Assembly (NCBI GenBank): GCA_950097015.1 | Contig: CATNEN010000010.1 | Span: forward strand, 930,001 to 994,000 | Reading direction: 5' to 3' | Source: Macrostomum hystrix | Taxonomy: Eukaryota > Animalia > Platyhelminthes | DNA: 64,000 bases | In this document: one piece after another, positions 37,401-49,400 of the stretch | Layout of the letters: the number at the start of each line of letters is the position of its first letter | Position numbering within the stretch: position 1 is the stretch's first letter | Program-made: the position numbers and the translations under genes | The notes under the pieces: generated by a model | What the model was told of the DNA's origin: nothing | Seen by the model: only the letters and a program-made list of their open reading frames with translations | Databases searched by the model: none

Positions 37401-40400
37401 AATGGGACTTGGGAAGCTTTGTTGGTACAGACTGGGATTCTGGGAGGCTGGGTCCGTATTCTAGCACTAAACAGACGCATTCAGTCCTATTGTTGCTCAT
37501 GTCAAACTGAGGCCTGGAACCTCGAAGTAGAATGACAGTACGAACATTGAGCCAATAGTCTCGGAATCGAAGTTAAATATGTCTATAAATTTGGATAATA
37601 ATTAAATCAATTCAGTAATTTATCATCACTATTTCATTTTAATCATTATCAAACATGGATAATCTTGTCTTTGTCAGGATAGAAGTGCTCATAATCAGAA
37701 TATAATATTTTCATAGTCAGGATAGAATCAGGTCATAGTCAGGATAGAATCTGTTTTTAGTCAGGATAGAATCAGGTCATAGTCAGGATAAAATCATGTC
37801 ATAGTCAGGATAGCATCTGGTCATAGTCAGGATAAAATCATGTCATAGTCAGGATAGCATCTGGTCATAGTCGGGATAGAATCTGGTCATAGTCGGGATA
37901 GAATCTGGTCATAGTCAGGATAGAATCTGGTCATAGTCAGGATAGATTTTCTTATTTTTGATTGATTTTTGTCTTATTTACAGCCATTTTGCTGTGACTC
38001 CCAATTAAAACTGTCCCAGATAATTGGTTATGGCAAAGTTAGTTTTTCTTGTAATTTTAGAAGACGATGAGTTCGCCTTGACTATCGAAGACCTGCGCAT
38101 CGTCATTGAGTTCTTGTCGCCTCTGGTAATGGCTTTTGGTACGATTCTGAGGAATATTGGATTGCTGTGCACCTCGCGTTTGCCTACCTTCAGCCTCATT
38201 TTGTTGCTGCCCCTGCCTCACCTGTATAACTACCATATCACCCACTAAATCTCACACTCCTATTTACCTGATCATTTCTCCCCTCTCCTCCATCTACCTG
38301 ATCCATTCTCCCCTCTCCTCCATCTACCTGATCCATTCTCCCCTCTCCTCCATCTACCTGATCCATTCTTCCCTCTCCTCCATCTACCTGACCCATTCTC
38401 CCCACTCCTCCATCTACCTGATCCATTCACTCCTCTCCTCCATCTACCTGATCCATTCACTCCTCTCCTCCATCTACCTGACCCATTCTCCCCTCTCCTC
38501 CATCTACCTGACCCATTCTCCCCTCTCCTCCATCTACCTGACCCATTCTCCCCACTCCTCCATCTACCTGATCCATTCACTCCTCTCCTCCATCTACCTG
38601 ACCCATTCTCCCCACTCCTCCATCTACCTGATCCATTCACTCCTCTCCTCCATCTACCTGATCCATTCTCCCCACTCCTCCATCTACCTGATCCCTTCTC
38701 CCCTCTCCTCCATCTACCTGATCCATTCACTCCTCTCCTCCATCTTCCTGATCCATTCACTCCTCTCCTCCATCTACCTGATCCATTCTCCCCTCTCCTC
38801 CATCTACCTGATCCATTCTCCCCACTCCTCCATCTACCTGATCCATTCTCCCCACTCCTCCATCTACCTGATCCATTCTCCCCTCTCCTCCATCTACCTG
38901 ATCCATTCTCCCCACTCCTCCATCTACCTGATCCATTCACTCCTCTCCTCCATCTACCTGATCCATTCACTCCTCTCCTCCATCTACCTGATCCTTTCTC
39001 TCTCTCCTCCATCTACCTGATCCTTTCTCTCTCTCCTCCATCTACCTGATCCTTTCTCTCTCTCCTCCATCTACCTGATCCTTTCTCTCTCTCCCCAATT
39101 CCCTTTATCTCGCTACTGTCTCCATCGCATTTCAGTCCATCTTCTAACGATTTTTTTATTCTTTATTCCTTATTCTTTGTTTACAAGTTGCTATTCTTCA
39201 TCCACGTTCTTGGCCTCCCATCAATCTCGCCGACTCCTTCACCATCCTGGAGCCTGACTGCTAAGGGCGCATTGCCGCCCCATCCGATCGTCGCGCCTCA
39301 GAGACTTTTCCCAGTCAGACTTTGCCTCAGCCTGCAGTGGGAGAAACTTCCCAGTTGCTCGGCAGTGGGTGGCCCGTCTCCAGGGGCCAGTTGAACTCGG
39401 CGTGAAACTCTCAGTTTTTTAACGCGCTGTCACACCCGGTCGCCACCGCCCTGCCTCTCCCTGTATTCACTGACCGGCTCTGTTTCTCGCTCCTCTCAAA
39501 ATCTGCCCTGTCAACTTTTTATGGCTTTAATTTAGACTTTTTTATATACGCGCTTGCATATTTAATCGGCCTCTCTTTCCTTCGCGCACAATAACTGCCA
39601 CAGTCCAAAGACCCATCAACAACTTTTAACACTGCTACTGGAGATCCCCCGAGACAACTTCAGAAGGCCGCTTTTGGCCGCTTTAAATCAAATTCCAACT
39701 TATTACTAATTAAATGCTGACATACAGCCAGTTGTTGCCCCACAACCCTAGCAGGTGAATCACGTGATCACACTCTGTGTGTTTGTCAACTCATTTCGGC
39801 CCTCCGAATGGTTGATTTAATCTGGCCCACCTGATCGTCTTCCAGCTGTTCACCTGATTTTCATATGTATGGCGCATTTTCGCAACTCTTGACCCTGCCT
39901 TTGGTGCAGTGTTTCACAACAGTTTCATATCGCTTCTCTGAGAGCAGCAAACTGCTCTACTTTCTAATTCTAGCTTTCACCATACCATTTCTCCCATGCT
40001 CCGCTTCTTACATTTCTCCCCTTTCCGCCCCACCATTTCTCCCCTGCTCTGCCCCTAACATTTCTCCTTTCCGCCCCCACCATTTCTCCCCTGCTCTGCC
40101 CCTAACATTTCTCCTTTCCTCCCCCACCATTTCTTTCCTGCTCTGCCCCTAACATTTCTCCCCTTTCCGCCCCCACCATTTCTCCCCTGCTCTGCCCCTA
40201 ACATTTCTCCTTTCCTCCCCCACCATTTCTTTCCTGCTCTGCCCCTAACATTTCTCCCCTTTCCGCCCCCACCATTTCTCCCCTGCTCTGCCCCTAACAT
40301 TTCTCCTTTCCTCCCCCACCATTTCTTTCCTGCTCTGCCCCTAACATTTCTCCCCTTTCCGCCCCCACCATTTCTCCCCTGCTCTGCCCCTAACATTTCT

Positions 40401-41848
40401 CCTTTCCGCCCCCACCATTTCTCCCCTGCTCTGCCCCTAACATTTCTCCCCTTTCCGCCCCACCATTTCTCCCCTGCTTTGCCCCTAACATTTCTCCTTT
40501 CCTTCCCCACCATTTCCTTCCTGCTCTGCCCCTAACATTTCTCCTTTCCGCCCCCACCATTTCTCCCCTGCTCTGCCCCTAACATTTCTCCCCTTCCGCC
40601 CCACCATTTCTCGCCTGCTCTGCCCCTAACATTTCTGCCCATTCTCTAACCCGCAGGTGTCTACCTGGTGGGCAACATTGGCGCGCACAGCATGTCCTTC
40701 GCCAAGGTGGCCGCCTGCTCCTACGGGTCGTTTGTTCTGTACTCCTCAGACTTCAGCAACATCCTGTACGGCTGCCTGCTGACTGTGTCGCTAGCCAACT
40801 GGCTGTGCAAGGCCTGGCGCAAAGAGCCGGCCCGACCAAAGTCGCTCTGCGGGCGTGCCTGCGCTGTTAGCCTGGGCACCTGCCTGTTCTTCTCCCTGCT
40901 GGCCTTCAGCCTGCTCAACAATGCCCGCGTCACCTACGAGGGCGAGTCCGTGCCGCTGCGCGAGGCCATCAAAAATTTCTTTAAGTCGCCTCTCTGGCGC
41001 GAAATGCGGGACACGCTGAGCAAACTGTACGAGTACTACAAGATCCACGGCTTCAAGGAGATCCTCAAACAGCTGTGGGACGCCTTCGATCCGCAGGGAC
41101 TGAAGGATGCGGCCAGTGTAAGCCACCTTTTTTATCATTTATTTCCAGGCCTTTTTAGGCCATATTTTTATGGATTTACTGATGTTTCTATGACTTCTAA
41201 GTACTGAGATATTTCTTGCTCTAGGGTCCGGTATCTCGGAACTGGGATATTTCTATTGCTAGAATCTGGGATATTTCTTTACTGGGATTTCAGAATTGGG
41301 TTTTCATGGGGTCTCACTGGGATTTTTTCATTGGGATCTTAGCCCCTGAGTTCTATCTCATAATACTGTTTTCTCAGCCTTGCAGTTCATTTTTGATGCA
41401 ATCTAGGATTTAAATTTTCAGTTACTGGGATCTCAGAAGTGGGATTTTTCTTGCGCTGGGATCTCGTAACGAAGGTTTCAAATGATTCGATTTCAGAGAA
41501 CACGTTTGCGATAACATATTTTATACTATTTATATTATTTATTTTATTACCGATTCTAAATAACGATTTTCCTAAATTTTGGAAAAACTTGCAGAAATAT
41601 TCACAGACGATGCTCTCTACTATTAGTAAGATGCTCAGGATTTCTGCTTTCCACAGGTGATCGGCATAAAAGAGGGCACCGGCATAGACGAGATTCGAAC
41701 CCGGTGCCGCAAGCTGAAGGTTGAGCTGCACCCGGACCGGCAGCAGGACCCTGTGAAGAAGGAAGAGTTCCAGACCCGCTTCCAGGAGGTCAGCGCCGCC
41801 TGCGACACCCTGCTGGGTCGGAAGCGAGCGAGTCGGAAAGAGTCGTGA
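34427..41848 (+). CDS. DNAJC22: DNAJC22/wurst: TM2-domain multi-pass membrane J-protein, 4 exons, 391 aa
   Basis: Exons 34427-34826, 36774-36896, 40657-41117, 41657-41848 (GT-AG, phases 1,1,0; 1176 nt). TM2 motif LGAHHFYLGR...SLGGFFLGW, LGVYLVGNIG, VPLREAIKNFFKSPLW and a C-terminal J domain with HPD match remembered Drosophila Wurst. Confidence 0.9.
34868..35598. repeat. Minisatellite, 29-30-bp unit, about 24 copies, DNAJC22 intron 1
   Basis: Unit AAATCCCATTTTATCCTAC(T/A)CGCATCCCAC begins about 40 nt after the exon-1 donor. Explains the PTRIPQIPFY tail of ORF 34427..35719. Confidence 0.95.
36031..36313. repeat. Minisatellite, 30-bp unit, about 9.4 copies, DNAJC22 intron 1
   Basis: GATCCCATT(T/C)G(A/T)GAGCAGTCCACACTCTAG at exact 30-bp spacing from 36031. 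Confidence 0.95.
37711..37946. repeat. Minisatellite, 22-bp unit, about 10 copies, DNAJC22 intron 2
   Basis: TCATAGTCAGGATAGAATCTGG and variants. Confidence 0.9.
38262..39094. repeat. Pyrimidine-rich minisatellite, 30-bp unit, about 27 copies, DNAJC22 intron 2
   Basis: CTCCCCTCTCCTCCATCTACCTGATCCATT and variants; the last units are shorter. Confidence 0.95.
40005..40640. repeat. Pyrimidine-rich minisatellite, 47-49-bp unit, about 13 copies, directly upstream of the DNAJC22 exon 3 acceptor
   Basis: CATTTCTCCCCTGCTCTGCCCCTAACATTTCTCCTTTCCGCCCCCAC. Each unit contains CCCTAAC and no AG. Confidence 0.95.
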
Positions 41849-41989
41849 AACCACAGTTTTGTGACAGTGAAATAATTATGGAATGATGTGAATTTTTCCG
41901 AAAACCTTTTCTGGCGCATCGAAGCAGAAATAGATCGCGTTTTTGTTCAAGCATCTCTGCTGAGGATTTGGATTGTTCGTGTGAGATTA

Positions 41990-42327
41990 GGAATCTGCCC
42001 AGTTACCTGAGAGTGGGATTCAGAATCTGCCCAGTTACCTGAGAGTGAGATAGGGAATCTGCCCAGTTACCTGAGAGTGAGATTTGGAATCTGCCCAGTT
42101 ACCTGGGAGTGAGATAGGGAATCTGCCCAGTTACCTGAGAGTGAGATAGGGAATCTGCCCTGTTACCTGAGAGTGAGATAGTGAATCTTCCCATTTTACC
42201 TGAGAGTAAAATGGGGAATCTGCCCTGTTACCTGAGAGTGAGATAGGGAATCTGCCCTGTTACCTGAGAGTGAGATAGGGAATCTGCCCAGTTACCTGAG
42301 AGTGAGATTCTGAATCTGCCCAGTTAC
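41990..42327. repeat. Minisatellite, ~32-bp unit, about 10 copies, downstream of the DNAJC22 stop (probable 3' UTR)
   Basis: GAATCTGCCC(A/T)GTTACCTGAGAGTGAGATAGG. A candidate AATAAA lies further on at 42798-42803. Confidence 0.92.
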
Positions 42328-43449
42328 ACGAAGGTGAATAGGAGCTCTTATCCGTTTATTTTTGACGCCTGCCTCAGCCAGTTGCAAATAATTTTACAAC
42401 CATAGCATCCAGAATTCACTGCGGGCATCCGTTTTGAGTTGTCTCATTGATTTTGTATTGGTGCGGGATCGTGTGCTGTGCCTTTGCCCTTTTAGCCTTC
42501 AATACTCAAGTACATTGGCACCTTTTACTTTTTTCTTTCTTGTGCGACAAGAAAGTGTCACATTTCCGCGATTGCTTCTCTGTTTTGACTTTTCCCCTAA
42601 TTTCAGTTTCCCTTAACTCAATGCTGTGCTCAGTTGCGCTCAAGGGGAGCGGAAACGCGCCTAGTCACAAGACGACTTTCGTATTGCAGTCTGATTGCTG
42701 CTGCAAAAACTTGCAGGAACGAACTAGTTCTGAGTCAATGGGGGTGTCTGTCTCGCACACCTTGATCATTTGCACCTTAGTTTTTGTAAACTTAAGTAAT
42801 AAACTTATCGAAGAAGTCTGCTGTGCAAATGCTGTGTGTCAGTTCTTTACCTGAGATATAAGTCTAGTCTGCCAAGTTTTATCTGTACACACTTTGATTT
42901 GCTAATCTGGTCACTATATATTCATTTTGCCTTTCCTTTTGACACTTCGAATGAGATTTCTTTTGATTATAGATTTTATTGCTTTTTATCTAGCTAATAT
43001 TCCAATTGTTATACTCTGTACAAGCTAAAGCTTGTGTCAAATGCAGCTGCCGGGAAGTGGAGCGCGTTTCCTAATATTCCTAGTGTGCAATCACCTGTGC
43101 CAATGCTTCAAGGGTTGCATGCATTTCAGTGTACTTTCAAATCCATCACAGTCTTGACTAGAATGGCATCCATAAAATGGCTCTGAAAACTTCCCCAAAT
43201 TAATTAAAAGCCATCTGCCGCTGGGCCTTGATTGCACCGCTGTGTTCCCTAATTTCGGATTTTCTCTTCATGATCACATCTGTGCTCACAGGTATACCAA
43301 TCAAAATACACCTCAGTGCTGGTCATTCGGCCAGCATGTTTTGGCTTCTTTTGATTCGAGCAACTTTTGTCATTTTATTGCCTTCAACTTTGAAAGTAAG
43401 CATGATATTGCAAAGGACTTTAACCATCTTCCCACCCTCTCTCTCACCT

Positions 43450-46400
43450 TCCCCACTAACACTCTTCCCATCCCTTTTTATCCCTCCCCCACTCACACTC
43501 TTCCCATCCCTTTTTATCCCTCCCCCACTCACGCTCTTCCCATCCCCTTTTTATCCCTCCCCCACTCACGCTCTTCCCATCCCCTTTTTATCCCTCCCCC
43601 CACTCACGCTCTTTCCATCCCCTTTTTATCCCTCCCCCACTCACGCTCTTCCCATCCCTTTTTATCCCTCCCCCACTCACGCTCTTCCCATCCCTTTTTA
43701 TCCCTCCCCCACTCACGCTCTTCCCATCCCCTTTTTATCCCTCCCCCACTCACGCTCTTCCCATCCCCTTTTTATCCCTCCCCCTACTCACGCTCTTTCC
43801 ATCCCGTTTTTATCCCTCCCCCACTCACGCTCTTCCCATCCCCTTTTTATCCCTCCCCCACTCACGCTCTTCCCATCCCTTTTTATCCCTCCCCTACTAA
43901 CGCTCTTTCCATCCCCTTTTTATCCCTCCCCAACTCACGCTCTTCCCATCCCTTTTTATCATTTCCCCACTCACACTCTTCCCATCCCCCTTTTTATCCT
44001 TTCCCCACTCACGCTCTTCCCCTCCCTTTTTATCATTTCCCCACTCACACTCTTCCCATCCCTTTTTATCATTTCCCCACTCACACTCTTCCCATCCCTT
44101 TTTATCATTTCCCCACTCACACTCTTCCCATCCCCTTTTTATCCCTCCCCCACTCACGCTCTTCCCATCCCTTTTTATCATTTCCCCACTCACACTCTTC
44201 CCATCCCCTTTTTATCCCTCCCCCACTCACGCTCTTCCCATCCCTTTTTATCCCTCCTCCACTCACGCTCTTCCCATCCCCTTTTTATCCCTCCCCCACT
44301 CACGCTCTTTCCATCCCCTTTTTATCCCTCCCCCACTCACGCTCTTCCCATCCCCTTTTTATCCCTCCCCCACTCACGCTCTTCCCATCCCTTTTTATCC
44401 TTTCCCCACTCACACTCTTCCCATCCCCCTTTTTATCCTTTCCCCACTCACGCTCTTCCCCTCCCTTTTTATCATTTCCCCACTCACACTCTTCCCATCC
44501 CCTTTTTATCCCTCCCCCACTCACGCTCTTCCCCTCCCTTTTTATCCTTTCCCCACTCACGCTCTTCCCATCCCTTTTTATCCTTTCCCCACTCACGCTC
44601 TTCCCATCCCTTTTTATCCTTTCCCCACTCACGCTCTTCCCATCCCTTTTTATCCCTCCTCCACTCACGCTCTTCCCATCCCCTTTTTATCCCTCCCCCA
44701 CTCACGCTCTTCCCATCCCCTTTTTATCCCTCCCCCTACTCACGCTCTTTCCATCCCCTTTTTATCCCTCCCCCACTCACGCTCTTCCCATCCCCTTTTT
44801 ATCCCTCCCCCACTCACGCTCTTCCCATCCCTTTTTATCCCTCCCCTACTCACGCTCTTCCCATCCCCCTTTTTATCCCTCCCCCACTCACGCTCTTCCC
44901 ATCCCTTTTTATCATTTCCCCACTCACACTCTTCCCATCCCTTTTTATCATTTCCATACTCACGCTCTTCCCATCCCTTTTTATCATTTCCCCACTCACA
45001 CTCTTCCCATCCCCTTTTTATCCCTCCCCCACTCACGCTCTTCCCCTCCCTTTTTATCATTTCCCCACTCACACTCTTCCCATCCCCTTTTTATCCCTCC
45101 CCCACTCACGCTCTTCCCCTCCCTTTTTATCCTTTCCCCACTCACGCTCTTCCCCTCCCTTTTTATCCTTTCCCCACTCACGCTCTTCCCATCCCTTTTT
45201 ATCCCTCCTCCACTCACGCTCTTCCCATCCCCTTTTTATCCCTCCCCCTACTCACGCTCTTTCCATCCCCTTTTTATCCCTCCCCCACTCACGCTCTTCC
45301 CATCCCCTTTTTATCCCTCCCCCACTCACGCTCTTCCCATCCCTTTTTATCATTTCCATACTCACGCTCTTCCCATCCCTTTTTATCATTTCCCCACTCA
45401 CACTCTTCCCATCCCCTTTTTATCCCTCCCCCACTCACGCTCTTCCCATCCCCTTTTTATCCCTCCCCCTACTCACGCTCTTTCCATCCCCTTTTTATCC
45501 CTCCCCCACTCACGCTCTTCCCATCCCCTTTTTATCCCTCCCCCACTCACGCTCTTCCCATCCCTTTTTATCCTTTCCCCACTCACACTCTTCCCATCCC
45601 CTTTTTTATCCTTTCCCCACTCACGCTCTTCCCCTCCCTTTTTATCATTTCCCCACTCACACTCTTCCCATCCCCTTTTTATCCCTCCCCCACTCACGCT
45701 CTTCCCCTCCCTTTTTATCCCTCCCCCACTCACGCTCTTCCCATCCCCTTTTTATCCCTCCCCCACTCACGCTCTTCCCATCCCTTTTTATCCTTTCCCC
45801 ACTCACACTCTTCCCATCCCCTTTTTTATCCTTTCCCCACTCACGCTCTTCCCCTCCCTTTTTATCATTTCCCCACTCACACTCTTCCCATCCCCTTTTT
45901 ATCCTTTCCCCACTCACGCTCTTCCCATCCCTTTTTATCCTTTCCCCACTCACGCTCTTCCCATCCCTTTTTATCCTTTCCCCACTCACGCTCTTCCCAT
46001 CCCTTTTTATCCCTCCTCCACTCACGCTCTTCCCATCCCCTTTTTATCCCTCCCCCACTCACGCTCTTCCCATCCCCTTTTTATCCCTCCCCCTACTCAC
46101 GCTCTTTCCATCCCCTTTTTATCCCTCCCCCACTCACGCTCTTCCCATCCCCTTTTTATCCCTCCCCCACTCACGCTCTTCCCATCCCTTTTTATCCCTC
46201 CCCTACTCACGCTCTTCCCATCCCCCTTTTTATCCCTCCCGCACTCACGCTCTTCCCATCCCTTTTTATCATTTCCCCACTCACACTCTTCCCATCCCTT
46301 TTTATCATTTCCATACTCACGCTCTTCCCATCCCTTTTTATCATTTCCCCACTCACACTCTTCCCATCCCCTTTTTATCCCTCCCCCACTCACGCTCTTC

Positions 46401-49400
46401 CCCTCCCTTTTTATCATTTCCCCACTCACACTCTTCCCATCCCCTTTTTATCCCTCCCCCACTCACGCTCTTCCCCTCCCTTTTTATCCTTTCCCCACTC
46501 ACGCTCTTCCCCTCCCTTTTTATCCTTTCCCCACTCACGCTCTTCCCATCCCTTTTTATCCCTCCTCCACTCACGCTCTTCCCATCCCCTTTTTATCCCT
46601 CCCCCTACTCACGCTCTTTCCATCCCCTTTTTATCCCTCCCCCACTCACGCTCTTCCCATCCCCTTTTTATCCCTCCCCCACTCACGCTCTTCCCATCCC
46701 TTTTTATCATTTCCCCACTCACACTCTTCCCATCCCTTTTTATCATTTCCATACTCACGCTCTTCCCATCCCTTTTTATCATTTCCCCACTCACACTCTT
46801 CCCATCCCCTTTTTATCCCTCCCCCACTCACGCTCTTCCCATCCCCTTTATATCCCTCCCCCTACTCACGCTCTTTCCATCCCCTTTTTATCCCTCCCCC
46901 ACTCACGCTCTTCCCATCCCCTTTTTATCCCTCCCCCACTCACGCTCTTCCCATCCTTTTTTATCCCTCCCCTACTCACGCTCTTCCCATCCCCTTTTTA
47001 TCCCTCCCCCACTCACGCTCTTCCCATCCCTTTTTATCATTTCCCCACTCACACTCTTCCCATCCCTTTTTATCCCTCCCCCACTCACGCTCTTCCCATC
47101 CCTTTTTATCATTTCCCCACTCACACTCTTCCCATCCCTTTTTATCATTTCCCCACTCACGCTCTTCCCATCCCCTTTTTATCCCTCCCCCTACTCACGC
47201 TCTTTCCATCCCCTTTTTATCCCTCCCCCACTCACGCTCTTCCCATCCCCTTTTTATCCCTCCCCCACTCACGCTCTTCCCATCCCTTTTTATCATTTCC
47301 CCACTCACACTCTTCCATCCCTTTTTATCATTTCCATACTCACGCTCTTCCCATCCCTTTTTATCATTTCCCCACTCACACTCTTCCCATCCCCTTTTTA
47401 TCCCTCCCCCACTCACGCTCTTCCCATCCCCTTTATATCCCTCCCCCTACTCACGCTCTTTCCATCCCCTTTTTATCCCTCCCCCACTCACGCTCTTCCC
47501 ATCCCCTTTTTATCCCTCCCCCACTCACGCTCTTCCCATCCTTTTTTATCCCTCCCCTACTCACGCTCTTCCCATCCCCTTTTTATCCCTCCCCCACTCA
47601 CGCTCTTCCCATCCCTTTTTATCATTTCCCCACTCACACTCTTCCCATCCCTTTTTATCCCTCCCCCACTCACGCTCTTCCCATCCCTTTTTATCATTTC
47701 CCCACTCACACTCTTCCCATCCCTTTTTATCATTTCCCCACTCACACTCTTCCCATCCCTTTTTATCATTTCCCCACTCACACTCTTCCCATCCCCTTTT
47801 TATCCCTTCCCCACTCACGCTCTTCCCATCCCCCTTTTTATCCTTCCCCCACTCACGCTCTTCCCATCCCTTTTTATCCCTCCCCCACTCACGCTCTTTC
47901 CATCCCCCTTTTTATCCCTCCCCCACTCACGCTCTTCCCATCCCCCTTTTTATCCCTCCCCCACTCACGCTCTTCCCCTCCCTTTTTATCCTTTCCCCAC
48001 TCACACTCTTCCCATCCCTTTTTATCCCTCCCCCACTCACGCTCTTCCCCTCCCTTTTTATCCTTTCCCCACTCACACTCTTCCCATCCCTTTTTATCCC
48101 TCCCCCACTCACGCTCTTCCCATCCCTTTTTATCCCTCCCCTACTCACGCTCTTCCCATCCCCTTTTTATCCCTCCCCCACTCACGCTCTTCCCATCCCT
48201 TTTTATCATTTCCCCACTCACACTCTTCTCATCCCTTTTTATCATTTCCCCACTCACACTCTTCCCATCCCCTTTTTATCCCTTCCCCACTCACGCTCTT
48301 CCCATCCCCCTTTTTATCCTTCCCCACTCACGCTCTTCCCATCCCTTTTTATCCCTCCCCCACTCACGCTCTTCCCCTCCCTTTTTATCCTTTCCCCACT
48401 CACACTCTTCCCATCCCTTTTTATCCCTCCCCCATTCACGCTCTTCCCATCCCTTTTTATCCCTCCCCCACTCACGCTCTTCCCATCCCTATTTATCCCT
48501 CCCCCACTCACGCTCTTCCCATCCCTTTTTATCATTTCCCCACTCACACTCTTCCCATCCCTTTTTATCATTTCCATACTCACGCTCTTCCCATCCCCTT
48601 TTTATCCCTCCCCCACTCACGCTCTTCCCCTCCCTTTTTATCATTTCCCCACTCACACTCTTTCCATCCCCTTTTTATCCCTCCCCCACTCACGCTCTTC
48701 CCCTCCCTTTTTATCCCTCCCCCTACTCACGCTCTTCCCATCCCTTTTTATCCCTTCCCCACTCACGCTCTTCCCATCCCCCTTTTTATCCTTCCCCCAC
48801 TCACGCTCTTCCCATCCCTTTTTATCCCTCCTCCACTCACGCTCTTCCCATCCCCTTTTTATCCCTCCCCCTACTCACGCTCTTTCCATCCCCTTTTTAT
48901 CCCTCCCCCACTCACGCTCTTCCCATCCCTTTTTATCATTTCCCCACTCACACTCTTCCCATCCCTTTTTATCATTTCCATACTCACGCTCTTCCCATCC
49001 CTTTTTATCATTTCCCCACTCACACTCTTCCCATCCCCTTTTTATCCCTCCCCCACTCACGCTCTTCCCCTCCCTTTTTATCATTTCCCCACTCACACTC
49101 TTCCCATCCCCTTTTTATCCCTCCCCCACTCACGCTCTTCCCCTCCCTTTTTATCCTTTCCCCACTCACGCTCTTCCCCTCCCTTTTTATCCTTTCCCCA
49201 CTCACGCTCTTCCCATCCCTTTTTATCCCTCCTCCACTCACGCTCTTCCCATCCCCTTTTTATCCCTCCCCCTACTCACGCTCTTTCCATCCCCTTTTTA
49301 TCCCTCCCCCACTCACGCTCTTCCCATCCCCTTTTTATCCCTCCCCCACTCACGCTCTTCCCATCCCTTTTTATCATTTCCCCACTCACACTCTTCCCAT

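Noticed and set aside
37347-37511. Possible intronic C/D snoRNA (ATGATGA ... CTGA)
   Set aside because: No terminal stem and no recognisable rRNA-antisense element.
2383-42327. Regularly spaced 22-62-bp repeats as CRISPR arrays
   Set aside because: Units are head-to-tail with no unique spacers, there are no cas genes, and the context is eukaryotic.
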